This document shows positions 1-12,719 of a DNA stretch of 64,000 nucleotides, piece by piece. The number at the start of each line of letters is the position of its first letter. The stretch's first letter is position 1. The notes beneath the pieces were generated by a model, which saw only the letters and a program-made list of their open reading frames with translations, had not been told where the DNA came from and ran no database searches. This stretch comes from Callorhinchus milii. Taxonomy: Eukaryota. The translations under genes were made by a program, and so were the position numbers. The stretch spans positions 50,780,001 through 50,844,000 of the forward strand of contig NW_024704742.1 of assembly GCF_018977255.1 (NCBI RefSeq), read 5' to 3'.

Positions 1-1560
1 TTGGGGATGGTGGAGGACAGAAGGGGAAGCAGGGAGATTGAAAACACGGTTGAAGAGGAGGATCTTGAGATGGATCTTGAAGGAGGCAAGAGAGGAGACA
101 AGGCGGAGGGACTGTGGGATGGAGTTCCAGAGGGTGGGGGCAGAGTGGCAGGACCACCCGACATTAATGGAGTGAGCGAGGCAGGGGATGTGAAGCAGGC
201 CGGAGCCCGCTGAGCGGAGGGAGCATGCAAGATGGTAGGGGGTTAAGAGGTTGCAGAGGTTGGGGGGAGCAAGACCAGGGAGGGTTTTGAAGGTGAGGAC
301 TAGGATCTTGAACTGTATCCTCTGTGTGATGGGAAGCCAGTGGTGTCGGTCGAGGATGGGAGTGATTGAGTCATGGAACTTGATGCGGGAGAGGATATGG
401 ACTGCAGAGTTCTGGATGATCTGCAGCCTATGGAGGGAGGAGTTGGGGAGGCCAACAAGCAATGAGTTTGCATAGTCAAGCCTCAATGTAATGAAAGCAC
501 GTATGAGGGTTTCGGCGGCCTGCGGTGTGAGACAGTGACGGAGCCGGGCAATGTTGCGGAGGAGGGGAAGGCAGAGCGGGTCATGGCGCAGATGTGGGGT
601 AGAAAGGATAGTTGAGGGTCAAACAAAACGCCAAGGTTCCGGACTGGCTTAGCAATGTGGAGTGTGCAACCATGGATGGTGATGCTGTCAGCGCCTGAGG
701 TGTGGAGGCGCTGACGGGAGCCAATCAGGAGAGCCTCAGTCTTGTTGACGTATAACTGAAGAAAGTTAACTCTCATCCAGGACTTGATGTCTGACAGACA
801 TTCTGTCAGAATAGCAGTGGTCCTAGAGTCAAGCATGGAGCCAGAGAGGTACAGTTGGGTGCCATCCGCATACATGTGGAAGTTGACCCCACGTCTGCAG
901 ATTATGTCACCAAAAGGAAGCATTTAGATATTGAAGAGGAGGGGACCCAGGACAGAGCCCTGAGGAATGCTACACAAGACGGTGCGGTGACTAGAGGAGA
1001 AACCATTTGTGGAGATGAAGTGGAGGAGGTGCGAGAGGTACAATCTGAACTAGTCAAGGTCAGAGCCATGAAGGTTGAGGTGAGAGGAGAGGTGGTGGAT
1101 GAGGATAGAGTGGTTGGAAGGCAGCAGAGAGGTCAAGGAGAACAAGGAGAGGAGGCAGAGGGAGCCCTGGTCGCAGATGGACAGAATGTCATTTGTCAAT
1201 TTGACCAGGGCTGTTTCTGCGCTGTGGGCGGCACAGAAACCCAATTGGAGGGGTCGTGAAGGGAGTGTAGGGAGAGGAAGGAGAGAAGCTGGGAAACAAC
1301 AGCTTAATCCTTGTTCCAGGACCTTGGAGAGGAAAGGGAGGTTGGAGATAGGGGGGTAGTTTGGAAGTAGAAATGGATCCGGGAAGGGTTTTTTAAGGAT
1401 AGGAGTGATGACGGCGGTTTTTAATGGGGTGGGGATAGTACCAGTGGACAGGGAGAGGTTTATGATGTCTGTATAGAGGGACAAGGAGGTGGAGCTGGGA
1501 GGTAAGGAGAGGGGTAGGGATGGTGTCGAGGGAGCAGAAGGTCGGTTTCATGCGGGTTAT
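1..1560 (-). mobile_element. Decayed L2-clade LINE, ORF2 reverse transcriptase to 3' region
   Basis: Minus-strand ORF fragments carry L2 RT motifs (AHSAETALVKLTNDIL, GVNFHMYADGTQLY, NFLQLYVNKTEALLIG) broken by frameshifts. Confidence 0.9.
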
Positions 1561-1589
1561 AGTGGTGATGAGAGAGGAGTGGGAGACAG

Positions 1590-1892
1590 GTCCGCTCACT
1601 CCATTCAGCAGGCTCCATGTGTCACGCCTGACCTGCTCTACCACCAGCAGCAGGGCTTTCAGCCTCTCTGCCCCCACCGCTTGGAACTCCATCCTAGTCC
1701 CTTCACCTTGCCTTCTTCAAGGTACGACTCAAGACCCTTCTTTTCAACTGAGCCTTCAGCCGCCCTCCTAGTTCTCTGCCCTCTTATCCCAACCCTGCAC
1801 CACCACGCTCGGGTCCTTATCCCCAACTGTTCAGCCCCTTGGGACGTTCTCCTGACGTGAAAAGCGCTTTACAAATACAATTTTGTTGTTGT
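1590..1892 (+). mobile_element. L2 3' terminal fragment
   Basis: RAFSLSAPTAWNSI-type C-terminus, then the tail GGGACGTTCTCCTGACGTGAAAAGCGCT...TTGTTGTTGT. Confidence 0.8.
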
Positions 1893-3645
1893 ATCAGACC
1901 TTGGTTGTACAATGTGTTCATTTTGTATCTTTTGTGGTACTTTGCCCACAAAATATACAGTTGATTCACTTCACAGTATATTCTGTGACGTACTTTGAGA
2001 CGTCTCAAAGACAGGGTAAAGCGCTATATCAAATGCAAGTATTATTAATTAGAATGAAGGTCAATAAGCATTTTTCACACAGAGGGTTGTATTAAGGTAG
2101 CGTGCACTGCCCCAGAAAGCTGTAGAGGTAGAATCAATAAGGATGATTAAAAGAGATAGACAGATACATAATGCACTTCTTTATAATTACAAATTTGAAT
2201 ACAACACGAATACACTCCAGACCTCACTTATGCTTGCGCAAAATGGCCAATTTCCAGGCCATTAGGTCACCATTGGCATAACTTCCTGCTTTGTAAAAAC
2301 ACAGGAAGTGATGTTCACAGCAATCCAATGAATGACCCAGATGACGGCCATTTTAGCTTTCCATGTTAAATCATGGTGTACTTCGAAGCCAACAAGTCAC
2401 AACCAATGCCACTTCCTGGTTTGTGCATAAAACAGGAAATAGTAGTGTCCTAATCAGGACATGTGGAGCCTGCTGAACGGAGGGAATGGTCCTGTCTCCC
2501 ACTCGGCACTCCACTTTGCTGGAGTGCAGAATGGCATTTTATTTACAAGGCTCTGCTCTACTTGGGTCGTAGAGGTTTTACAACACTTGACAAAAGGGCA
2601 TTGGGATGAAAAGATCTGACAAGATCAAATGAACTGATGGAACAGATTGAGTGTCCTCCTCCTGTTTTCTTTTGAGTAGTTTCAAAAGCATTTTTGGCTG
2701 TGTAATGTTAGTGCTTTTTAATAACAAATACTGTATTAAATATTGGAAGATTCATCAGTCCAAATCTGCTACTATAACAATGCCAATAATTCAAAGGCTT
2801 GAAGAATCAAAGTTCTACTCTATTTTTTTTTAAAAAACTTCCTCCAGGTGCTCAAAAATTGGTAAACTCAATTTACAACAGGACCCAATTAAACATAAAA
2901 AAATTGGTTTCCTATAATGCCTTGAAGTACCATCAAAATCTAAGCACGGGGAACTATTTTAGATACAGATAAAACTAAGACGACACTTTGGAAAGAACAC
3001 AACAGTTAAAGTTCAATTTTTAAACAGACGGTGGCAGTGTGTTCAATTCAAATATGGTGCAACAGAGAATTTTAGAAGGATTAAAATAAATTGAAAACAT
3101 TTACAGGTAAGAGTGAGAAATTGTAGCTTGGTATACATTTTCTAATGTAATATTGTTAATCTTGTTCAAATTGGTATGTTCACTGTTTAATATTCAATAT
3201 TAGTACAAATCAGCAAGTGCAGGAGGACAATACATAAGTTGAAAGGATAGTTCGGACCATTCTTCGACCTGAAATTCCACCTCATCTTAGCTTGTGACAT
3301 TATTTTGTCTTAAATGTTATGATTATGGAAGATTTTAAAATTTAGTCTTATTTGGAAGCAAGTTCTTTACAAGAACTGCAGAAAATCAGGTTGGAAATTA
3401 TGACTCAATGTAAGAATTTCCCACAATGCGCCATGATTTTACATTAAGATAAATAGTCTTTCTGGCTAAGACTAGGTGGAATTTAAGTTTGTAGGTCAGT
3501 TTTTTTAAAAAAAAATCCAAGGCTCGTGAACAGTTTGCCTTTAATCTTCACAATTTTACTTTGTGAACAACTGAGAGGAACATTTCACAGCAGATCAAAC
3601 TTTCTGCTAAATGTGAATGGGTTCTTAAAGAGAAAGTTTATCTAT

Positions 3646-4140
3646 TCTATATACACACTATTAAAAAGACAATGTCTGTCTGCGCTTCAAGAAGGATCTC
3701 AATAACCAATTGAAGTAGAGACATGATTTATACCTCATCAGAAAGGTCTTGCACCTGAGAGTGACATTGGCATGTTTTTGGGTATCTCTTATCGTTCATG
3801 AGTTATGACCTAAAATATATTTCAGTCTTGCGTTTTTTGTTGCAGTTCCACCTGGTGGCCGCCGAGTCAAAGTGGCGCTTTGGCATCGTGCGTCACAGAG
3901 CACCTACGTTTGTACGCATGCACTGCAGTTACACCTAATGGCATTGTGCGGAGCCAAACGGCGGCAGGAACAAAATAAAGAACACAGACAAAGCTAAGCC
4001 GCGGCAACAACAACAAAATGACATTGTTAAAGCGCCTTTCATGTCAGGAGGACGTCCCAGTGATTATAAATTATACATTTATATTTATCATTGTAAAGAT
4101 GCCGAAGCGAAAATCAAACCTTTCAAGGAAAAGCAAGTGT
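3646..4140 (+). mobile_element. Helitron-like element, 5' portion
   Basis: Starts TCTATA..CTATTAAAAAGACAATGTCTGTCTG. About the first 170 bp are homologous to 59665-59830 (shared ATACCTCATCAGAAAGGTCTTGCA). An ATG at 4099 opens MPKRKSNLSRKS. A short minus-strand L2 tail is inserted at about 4006-4058. Confidence 0.5.
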
Positions 4141-4394
4141 GTCTGTCAGTGTGTCAATCTACATTCTAGAGAAGTTCTGCATTGTCAGAGGTGGCATTCT
4201 TTGGACGAACATGAAATTGAGGTAAAACCATAGGACTATTCGAAATGAGGGGAGTTTCCCCTGGTGTCCTGGCCAACAATCACACAGATAAAATTGATCA
4301 TTCACTTAATGGCCATTTGTGGGACACTGCTACGCACAAATTGGCTGCCATAATTGCCTACAAAGTACAGTGACTACATTATACAGTAAATCAT

Positions 4395-4707
4395 GGAGTA
4401 CTGTAGCTCAGTGGTTAGAGGACTAGTCTTGCAAGCAAGACACCTGAGTTCAATTCCAGGCAGGGCGAAACCTTGGGCAAGTTTCCTTACTCCACACGCC
4501 TAATAATAATCTCTCCAAAAAACAAAACAATAATAAATTGGTCATTTTCAATCCATGACTGTTTGTGGGACACTGCTGTATGCAATTGGCTGCCGGGTTT
4601 CGCCCACAAAAATACGGTCAATTCACTTTACAGTATATTCTGTGAAGGGCTTTGAGACGTCTAGAAGAAGTGAAAAGCGCTATATCAAATGCAAATATTA
4701 TTATTAT
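4395..4707 (+). mobile_element. tRNA-derived Deu-domain SINE, short subfamily
   Basis: A box TAGCTCAGTGG, B box GAGTTCAATTCC, core TGTTTGTGGGACACTGCTGT..AATTGGCTGCC, L2-like tail ending (TTA)n. Confidence 0.85.
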
Positions 4708-4788
4708 AAATCCTGTGAAGTCCTTTAAAATGTCTTGACAACATATCAAATGCAAGGATTATCTATAAGTTGTGCAAATTATGCTTAC

Positions 4789-4919
4789 CATGGCCATGGA
4801 TGATCTTTTTTCCCAAAATCATCATCCAACACAGAGGACACAAGAAAAATGCTGTCTTTTGCCCATTTCTGGATACATGGCAAGTGAAATATACAATAAC
4901 ATGTAGAGCAACTCCAGAT
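4789..4919 (-). CDS. NFXL1: NFXL1 coding exon 4 ([23 protein letters not shown]...HPWP), RING-like Zn finger
   Basis: 131 nt, acceptor ...cctctag, donor gtaagc, phase 0 to 2. The peptide matches the NFXL1 RING region. Later exons were not found in the window. Confidence 0.93.
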
Positions 4920-5009
4920 CTAGAGGAATAAAAGTTGTTTGTTTAAAAAACATTTTTTTAACCTGCCAATTCATTATAAATATATTTTAAATATTCTCAG
5001 TAAATGGAG

Positions 5010-5182
5010 AACATTTTCAAAGCTGAGACTGATAGATTTTTTAAAAATAGAAGGATTAGGGGCTATGGGGATAGGGCAGGTAATTAGTTAGGTCAGAAGA
5101 TCAGCCATGAGCTTATCGAATGGTGGGGCAAGATCGAGGGGCCGAATGGCCCACTCCTGCTCCTAATTCTTATGTTCTTATG
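5010..5182 (+). mobile_element. CR1-clade LINE 3' end
   Basis: FKAETDRFL-type end, GAGGGGCCGAATGGCCCACTCCTGCTCC stem and (TTCTTATG)2 tail. Confidence 0.75.
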
Positions 5183-5618
5183 ATATTGTATTGCCATTTC
5201 TCAAACATTTTAGCTCATACATTCTTGATGCCTTAATTTAAGTATGCAGAATACTATAATGTTCCAGTTTCTCAGCCTTATTTCTACTGTGCAAGTAATG
5301 CTGGTTATGAGCATGGATAAAGTCCCTGGAACAGATAAGGAATATTAATTTATTTACAAGAGTATGTGCAAGGCAAATATACCAGAGTTATTAAACACTA
5401 TTAGATTAAGAATCATTGTGTCATACTTGAGGGACCAACAGTTGTTAAAAAGCTAAATCAGGTAACTAAACAAATAATCTACTAAAATAAACATAAGATT
5501 CAACAATAATCATATACAAACATCCTTTGCTTTTTGATAGGAACTATTTCAAGCACTCTGGGACGCTGCCCTGCATGAGTGGCACTATATAAATGCAAGT
5601 TGTTGTTGTTATACTTAC

Positions 5619-5731
5619 AGCCTGGTTCCTCTTCACTGAAGCAATGCAGATGAGACAAGTTAGAGCTCCTGACTGAAATGCTTCATTCAGATATTGTTTC
5701 GTTCGTTCTAGGTCCCTAGAAGAATCTCCAC
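5619..5731 (-). CDS. NFXL1: NFXL1 coding exon 3 ([37 protein letters not shown])
   Basis: 113 nt, acceptor ...gatattag, donor gtaagt, phase 1 to 0. [14 protein letters not shown] is the start of the NFXL1 RING. Confidence 0.95.
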
Positions 5732-6244
5732 CTAATATCAAAAGCAAAAGATTTATCATTCATGTGAACTTGATAGACAAGGTCCCAGATTTGCATTTTA
5801 GATTCCTTAAATAGCAAGACTTCATGTCCTAGACTCTCAGAATTCCACCATCCCCTGAATTCAATATGGAGTATCCAAACACCAACTCTCGCGCATATAT
5901 AATAAGTTCAGACCTTCTTGGAATTTAAACATTCTCCCATCACACAAAGATAAAGTAATAAAGTGACAAAATTACCTTATAATAACAATCATTGCATCTG
6001 ATATAGCGCTTTATCCAATCTTTGAAATGTCTCAAATTGCATCACAGGGTGTATTGTGAAGTGTAGTGATTGCATTTGTCAGTCAAGCAGCCAATTTATC
6101 CCACAAGCAACTCTTTACACATTTTTTTTAAATTAAAAATGATGAAAAATATCACATTGTAGAGAGAAATAATTATTTCCTTAGTGCAATGTTGCAAAAT
6201 TAAAAGCAATGTTTTGGACTGTATTGGCCTGATTTGGCTAATTA

Positions 6245-6638
6245 CAATGGAACCCCATAACAACAACAACTTACATTTGTATAGCACCATTCACGTTGGA
6301 AAGACATTCCCGGAATAGTTATGGGATCCCTAAATCCTAAAACAGGGCATAATTCACCAGTGACATCACTGAACATCCACAGTGCAGGCCAGGTCCATCA
6401 GTGCACATTGCGTTGCTGTGCTTCAAACGTGTCATCCCGCTGAAAGCTTTCCGTGCAATGGGACATTTTGAAGCATGACTGATTTCCTTGTAATAATGCT
6501 ATTTCAAGCAAACTTTCAAATTTACCGAGAGACTTGGAAGTGGTACTATCAGAATATGCTATTTTAATATTGGAAAACGTTGAGGTCAACAACCCTGTCA
6601 CATTATATACAGACCAGTGTTATAATGGGGTTCCACTG
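6245..6638. mobile_element. Tc1/mariner (Tigger-like) MITE with a nested L2 tail
   Basis: Left end CAATGGAACCCCATAA after TA, right end TATAATGGGGTTCCACTG (inverted). Minus-strand L2 tail at about 6261-6310. Confidence 0.6.
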
Positions 6639-6771
6639 TTTCTGTAGCTGAGAGCACTTAACACAGAAAATCGAACCTGGGAGCTACTAACCAGTGTTGA
6701 TGAGTTTTACAGATGACCACCTACGTCTTCAGAGGAAGCTTATAAGGTAAACTTAACCAAATAATACTTAC

Positions 6772-6945
6772 CGACATGACTTGTGTATGTTGTAAATGTT
6801 GAGGCAACAATTTTTCCACGCTGGCCTTCAATATCTTCTTCCTCTTCTCCATCTTCATCAGATGAAAAGTTCTCATCTGCATATCTTTGGGCTAAAGCCT
6901 GATTGGCCTTACAAATATCTTCAAATTTTTTCTGAGATGATGGTT
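6772..6945 (-). CDS. NFXL1: NFXL1 coding exon 2 (EPSSQKKFEDICKANQALAQRY...GKIVASTFTTYTSHV)
   Basis: 174 nt, acceptor ...ttcaacag, donor gtaagt, phase 1 to 1. Matches the NFXL1 QKKFEEI.KANQ...acidic...GKI..TF.TYT segment. Confidence 0.95.
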
Positions 6946-7014
6946 CTGTTGAAGACATTTACATAAGCATTATATTACAGGGGTAATTCATGTACAATAA
7001 TCTTCATTTCCTCA

Positions 7015-7450
7015 GAACAACAACAACAAGATTTCATTTATAGAGCGCCTTTCACATCGGGAGGACGTCCCAAGGCGCTGGACAGTTGGGTCGGGACCCG
7101 AGCAGGGGGGGCAATGGTCAGGGTGAGGGGAGGGAAGGGAGGGAGCGAGGAGGGGAGCTGAAGGCATGGTTGAAGAGAAAGGTCTTGAGACCGGCCTTGA
7201 AGGAGGAAAGGGAGGAGGCGGCGAAGGCACTGGGGGATGGAGTTCCAGAGCCTCGGGGCTGAGAGGCTGAAGGCCCGGCCACTGATGGTAGGGCGGTTGG
7301 AGCAGGGGATGTGGAGCAGACCGGAGCCAGAGGAACGGAGGGTACGGGCAGGTAAGTAAGGGGATAGTAGGTCGGAGAGGTAGGAGGGAGCAAGGCCGTG
7401 AATGGCCTTGTAGGTGAGGATGAGGATCTTGAATTCGAGGTCTAATCTGC
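7015..7450 (-). mobile_element. Young L2 3' fragment
   Basis: FKILILTYKAIHGLAPSYL...RAFSLSAPRLWNSIP with a (TTG)n tail. 7040-7182 is almost identical to 26410-26548. Confidence 0.9.
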
Positions 7451-7999
7451 ACAAAGTGAAGCAAAGAGGATTTCTCTCTCTCCCCCCGAAAGATTATAAC
7501 AAATAGCAAATTGAAAAATGCAAGGATGAATCATCCCGATCCAGATACGTATACCACATCAGTCCTCTCCTAAACCAGGTTCCCACATGCCTATCACTCC
7601 CACCCTGACTCAGCCCCATTGGCTCCCCCAACTCTTAATGGATCGAGTTCCAAGATCTTCATTCCTTTAAATCTGTCCACGGTTTTGCCCACCCTACCGT
7701 TGTGACCTCCTTTAACCCTACTGTCCTGACCATTCCCTTTGCTCAGCAAACACTGGCTTGCTTTATGTCCCCTGGCCTACCTGCATCAGCATTGCCAGGC
7801 AGGTTTTCAACCCGTCTACCCTTGCTCTCTGGAACTCCAACTCCCTCTTTTCTTTCAAAGCATGTCTCAAAACATAACTCTTTGACAGCACTCTCGGTCA
7901 TCCTTCCCCTTCCCACCCCTTTGGCTATCACTCCCAGTTCAGGTACCCATCCAACACTGACTGAAATCACTTTACTTCCCACTCCATGACCCCAAATCC

Positions 8000-10722
8000 T
8001 CTCTATATCACTTTCTCCTCCACCCCCACTCACCAGCAGCAAACCTATCCGCATTTTCTCCAAAATGTCCGCTCCCTCTCCAATAATCCTGGATGAGCAC
8101 ATTGATACTCTTGGGCTTACAGACCCCATCACCCTTGTTGAAGCCTCCCCTCCTGGCTACATTTATCACCCACCCTCCACCAATGTGGCCCTCAATGTGG
8201 TCTATCACCCTATTCCTCTGGCTTTTTCTCCTCCTTTGAACACCTCGCCCTCTAACCATCCCTCTCTCTCCCTCAAAATCTTCCTAGTTTACCACCTCCC
8301 CAAACTTCTTGGTTCCTTCCTCACTGATATCTCCTCTCATCCCTGTCCCTCTCCACTGAACACTTATTCATAATGGGTGATTTCAACCTCCACCTAAACT
8401 CCCCTTTCACCACCTCCTCAAGATTTCACTGCCCTCCTCTCCAAACCTCACCCTCCACATCAACTCCCCGACTCCACAACCGTGGCCACTCCCTCGACCT
8501 CGTCATCACACATGGCCTTGACATTTCCGACCTGTCTATCACGGACAAGGCCATCTAGGACCACTTCCTTATCTCCTTCTCTTTTTCCAAGCCCTGCATC
8601 ATTTTTTTCCCCCCCTGGGAAATGTTTCCCAGTCCCTCACATGTGCCCTCTCGCACGTGGACCTGCTCTGCCTCTGGCCCTCCACCTGCAGCAATCCTGA
8701 TGCAGCCACCAAGCTGTTGAATGACCATCTCACCACAACCTTTAATTCCCTGGCTCCCTGAAATCCAGGGCTGTTTCCAAACCCACCCACTCCATCCGGT
8801 ACAAACGCTCACTGAAAACACAAACCCAGACGCTTGAGCACAGATGGCAGAAATCCGGCCTCATCATTCAGCGTATCTGTTTCTCGAGCACCTCTGCACC
8901 TACTACCTCTCCCTTTCACAGGCCAAAACTGACTTTTACTCCCAAATCATCCTGAAGGCAAACAACAATCCAAAAATGCTGTTTTCCACTGTCCATCACC
9001 TCCACCGTGCACAAACCCCCTCTATCCTCACATGAAACGCCAATTGCAAAGAGGTCCTAGACTTCTTCGTCTCAAAGATTGAAAACATTTGCTTGGCTAC
9101 ATCATCCTCCCCCACCTTGTCCCCTTCCACCCCACCCAGACTATCCGCACTGCCCTCTCACTCCACCATAGCTCCTGCCACTACCCCCTCCTTACAACAA
9201 CAAGATTACATTTGTATAGCGCCTTTCACGTTGGGAGGATGTACCATCCCCCAATCACTCTGCCTCGCCCCCTCCTTACCCTCTTTCAAGTCCTGCCTCA
9301 ATAACCTCCTCCGACACGGACAACCAGTCTCTCTCCTCAGGCTCCGTTCCACTCACCCTGAGAACCACTATTATCACACTCCTCCTCAAAAAAAACACCC
9401 TCGATCCCTCTAATCTCTCACACTATCGTCCCATTTCCGTACGCACACCTCACCAGTTCTGGCCAGGCTCCACTGGCTCCCCATCCGAACGGATCGACTC
9501 CCATTTCCTTGCCAAAGTCCTGGAACGCATTGTTGCAGGTCAACTTCAGTCATACCTGTCTCTCCTCGGGCCCCTGCAGTCTAATTTTCTCCCTGCTCAC
9601 AGCATAAAGACAGCGCTTGTCAAAATCACAAACAATGTCCTCTCTATCTGTGACCAGGGCTCCCTCTATCTCCTAGTCTTCCTGGATCTTTCTGCCAAGT
9701 TCAACACAGTCAACCGCGCCATTCTCCTCCACCACCTCTCCTCCCTCATCCACCATAATGGCACTGCACTCCCATGGTTCGAGTCCCACTTAACCAACTG
9801 CCTTCACTTCATCTCAGCAAATGGTTTCTCCTCCCACCCCCGCCCGGTCACCTGCGGGGTACCCCAGGGCTCCATCTTTGGCCCTCTTCTTTTCCTTATC
9901 TATATGCTCCTCTGGGTGATGTCATCCGCAGACACGGGGTAAATGTCCACATGTATGCAGACGACACACAAATCTACTTTGCCTCCTCCAGTACCAACTC
10001 CAGGTCCGTCGATATTCTATCAGCCCGTCTGGCAGACATCAGGATCTGGATAAGTGCAAACTTCCTGCCACTGAATGTGGACAAGACAGAAGCCATACTC
10101 CTTGGCTCCCGTCAACAGCTTCACTCCAGCAGATCTGAACTCCTCAACCTCACTGGGCTCTCCCTCACACTCACCGAACCAGTGCGCAATCTAGACGACC
10201 CCCAGCTTTCCTTCCTCCCCAACATCTGGTCCCTGACCAGCACTGCCTTATTCAACCTCCGCCACATTGCCCGCCTCTGACCATACCTTTCCCCAAAAGC
10301 AGTCGAAACCCTCGTGCATGCATTTGTCACCTCCCGCTTGGATATTCAAACACGCTTCTCGCCGGACTCCCCAGCTCCACCATTCAAAAGATCCAGCTCC
10401 TTCAGAACTCTGTTGCCCGCGTACTTACCCGGACCAAACTCTGTATTCACATCTCACCAGTTCTGGCCCAGGCTCCACTGGCTCCCCATCACCGAACAGA
10501 TCGACTTCAATACTTGAAACTCTGGAACATTCTCCCTCAATCCCCCTCCACCTTGCCCCTTCTCTCCTCTTTTTGAAGTCCCACCTGAAAACCTTCCTCT
10601 TCGACCATGCTAACGGCCGTGCCCCCACCCCCCCCCCCCGGCTCGGAGTCAGACTCCGCCACTGTTATGCGCTCTGTGACACTACCCTGCGGAGGGGCGC
10701 AATATAAGTGCAAGTTGTTGTT
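8000..10722 (+). mobile_element. Decayed near-full-length L2 ORF2 (APE endonuclease plus RT)
   Basis: MGDFNLH and HNRGHSLDLVIT endonuclease motifs, RT HMYADDTQIY, LHWLP, tail ending GTTGTTGTTG. Many frameshifts. Confidence 0.9.
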
Positions 10723-11169
10723 GAAGTGTTTTGAGGCATCCTCAATGTGAAAGGCAAAGTATAAATGTAAATTATATTATTTTGTGTTACAAGCTACAAG
10801 CAAACATATTATTTTAATGGTTCACTATTATTTCCCATAACAAAACATAAGTAAGACAGGAGATTTTCCATCTATCATCTACACCCATCTTACAGGATGC
10901 AATTGCCTTTCCAAATCCCAATTCCCTGACTGTCCAGCAGCTTGGGACGACCTCCCAACATGAAAGGCCGGATACAAATGTCATTTGTTATATCCTTTCC
11001 CACACACCCCTCCCCAACACACACACACTACCACAACTTGCATTTATATAGTGCTCCTCATGCAGGGTAGCGCCCAAGAGCTTGATAACACAGATTTAAA
11101 TGTCAATGACATTTATTCTGAAGTCATCAGTGAGATTTCGGATTTGCTTGGGTTTCAACACAAATGAAT

Positions 11170-12062
11170 CGAGAGAGTGGGGCAGAGTGGGGGGGGGGGG
11201 GGAAGAGGAGGGAGAGGGAGAGAAGAGGGAGGGGGGAGGGAGAGTAGGGGGAGGGGAGTAGAGGGGGGAGGAGGAGAGGGAGAGTAGAGGAGGAGAGGGA
11301 GAATAGAGGGGGGCAGAGGGGAGGGAGGGAGAGTAGAGGGAGGGAGAGGGGGGAGAGGAGGGGGGGGAGAGTAGATGGAGAGGGGGAGGAGGGAGAGTAG
11401 AGGGAGGGGGGGGAGGGGGAGAGTAGAGGGAGGGGGGGAGGGGGGAGGAGGGAGGGGGAGAGTAGAGGGGGAGGGGGGGAGAGGGGGGGGAGAGTAGAGG
11501 GAGGGGGGAGAGTAGAGGGAGGGGGAGGGGGGAGAGTAGAGGGGGGGAGGGGGAGAGTAGAGGAGGGGGAGAGGAGGGGGGAGGGGGAGAGTAGAGGGGG
11601 GGAGGGGGGAGAGTAGAGGGGGGGGAGGGGGGAGAGTAGAGGGAGGGGGGAGGGGGGAGAGTAGAGGGGGGGAGGGGGAGAGTAGAGGGAGGGGAGAGGG
11701 GGGAGAGTAGAGGGAGGGGGAGGAGAGGGGGGGAGGGGGGAGAGTAGAGGGAGGGGGAGAGTAGAGGGGGGAGGGGGGAGAGTAGAGGGAGGGGGAGAGG
11801 GGGAGAGTAGAGGGGGGGAGGGGGGGAGGGGGGAGAGTAGAGGGAGGGGGAGAGGGGGGAGAGTAGAGGGAGGGGAGAGTAGAGGGGGGGGAGGGGGAGA
11901 GTAGAGGGAGGGAGAGTAGAGGGGGGGAGGGGGAGAGTAGAGGGAGGGGGGAGAGTAGAGGGAGGGGAGAGGCGGAGGGAAGGAGTGGGTGAGAGGGAGA
12001 GTAGAGGGAGGGGGAGAGGCGGAGGGAAGGAGTGGGTGAGAGGGAGAGTAGAGAGGGGGGAG
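11170..12062 (+). repeat. Purine-rich G-run minisatellite with a GGGAGAGTAGA core
   Basis: About 900 bp almost entirely G/A, with recurring GAGAGTAGA between variable G runs. Lies in NFXL1 intron 1. Confidence 0.95.
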
Positions 12063-12086
12063 AGGGCTTCAGACGGAATGACTTAC

Positions 12087-12246
12087 CAGCGGTGGGAGGG
12101 CGCGGTCCCGATCCTCTGCCATTCCCGGGCCCCGAGTCTCCGGCAGATGCCGTCAACAAGGTCTGGGAAAGTGCCGCCGGGCCGCCGCCGGGTTGCCCTC
12201 GTCCCCTGCCCCGCCCTCGCCCTGCCTGCCGCCAGGCCGGCTCCAT
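12087..12246 (-). CDS. NFXL1: NFXL1 first coding exon (MEPAWRQAGRGRGRGRG...PTA)
   Basis: ATG at 12246 in GCCATGG Kozak context, donor gtaagt at 12086. 160 nt, phase 1, joins exon 2 in frame. The ME..WRQ..GRGR start is typical of NFXL1. Confidence 0.9.
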
Positions 12247-12660
12247 GGCCCCCTCCTTGGCCCGCGGGCCACTCGCGACGTGACACGTTGGCTCCCAGCA
12301 CAGTCGCCACCGGCCGCAGGGCGACGCCGCGCGTGCGCACCATCGGCTCATGGGTTGGCTGGCACTTGCGCGCATGCGTTCCGGGGGACTGGAGCATCGC
12401 GGGAGTTGTATTTCATTTCGTCTCGTCCGACGCAGCAAAGCCACGTGTCGTCCGAAGCACCGCATTACCAATTCATATACCATGAGCTTTATATATGTGT
12501 GACATGTTTTATTTTATCTCCGGGGGTGTGTGTGTGTATTATATATATATATATATATATATAGGCGCACGAAACCCACCCGAGGGCACGTGACCTGCAG
12601 ATTGGCCGAGCCCGTCGTCACGTGCCAGGGATGGCGCATGAGCGGGAAATTCAAACAGGA
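12090..12660. promoter_or_regulatory. CpG-island promoter of NFXL1
   Basis: High CpG density. NRF1-like GCGCATGCG at about 12370, E-boxes CACGTGAC (12587) and GTCACGTG (12617), inverted CCAAT at about 12601, GCGGGAAATTCAAA at 12642-12655. Confidence 0.75.
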
Positions 12661-12719
12661 CAAGGAGTGAGAGCTCAGAGGTCTCAGTAGTGAGTCTGTG
12701 TATTCAAGATAGGACTATC

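Noticed and set aside
2211..2529. Possible MITE (TACACTCCAG...CTGGAGTGCA) with internal CTTCCTG..CAGGAA hairpins
   Set aside because: 10-bp imperfect ends, no clear TSD and no second copy in the window.
11155..12483. 442-aa proline-rich, extensin-like ORF
   Set aside because: Only 12087-12246 is the NFXL1 exon. The rest is read-through past a GTAAGT donor into the minisatellite.
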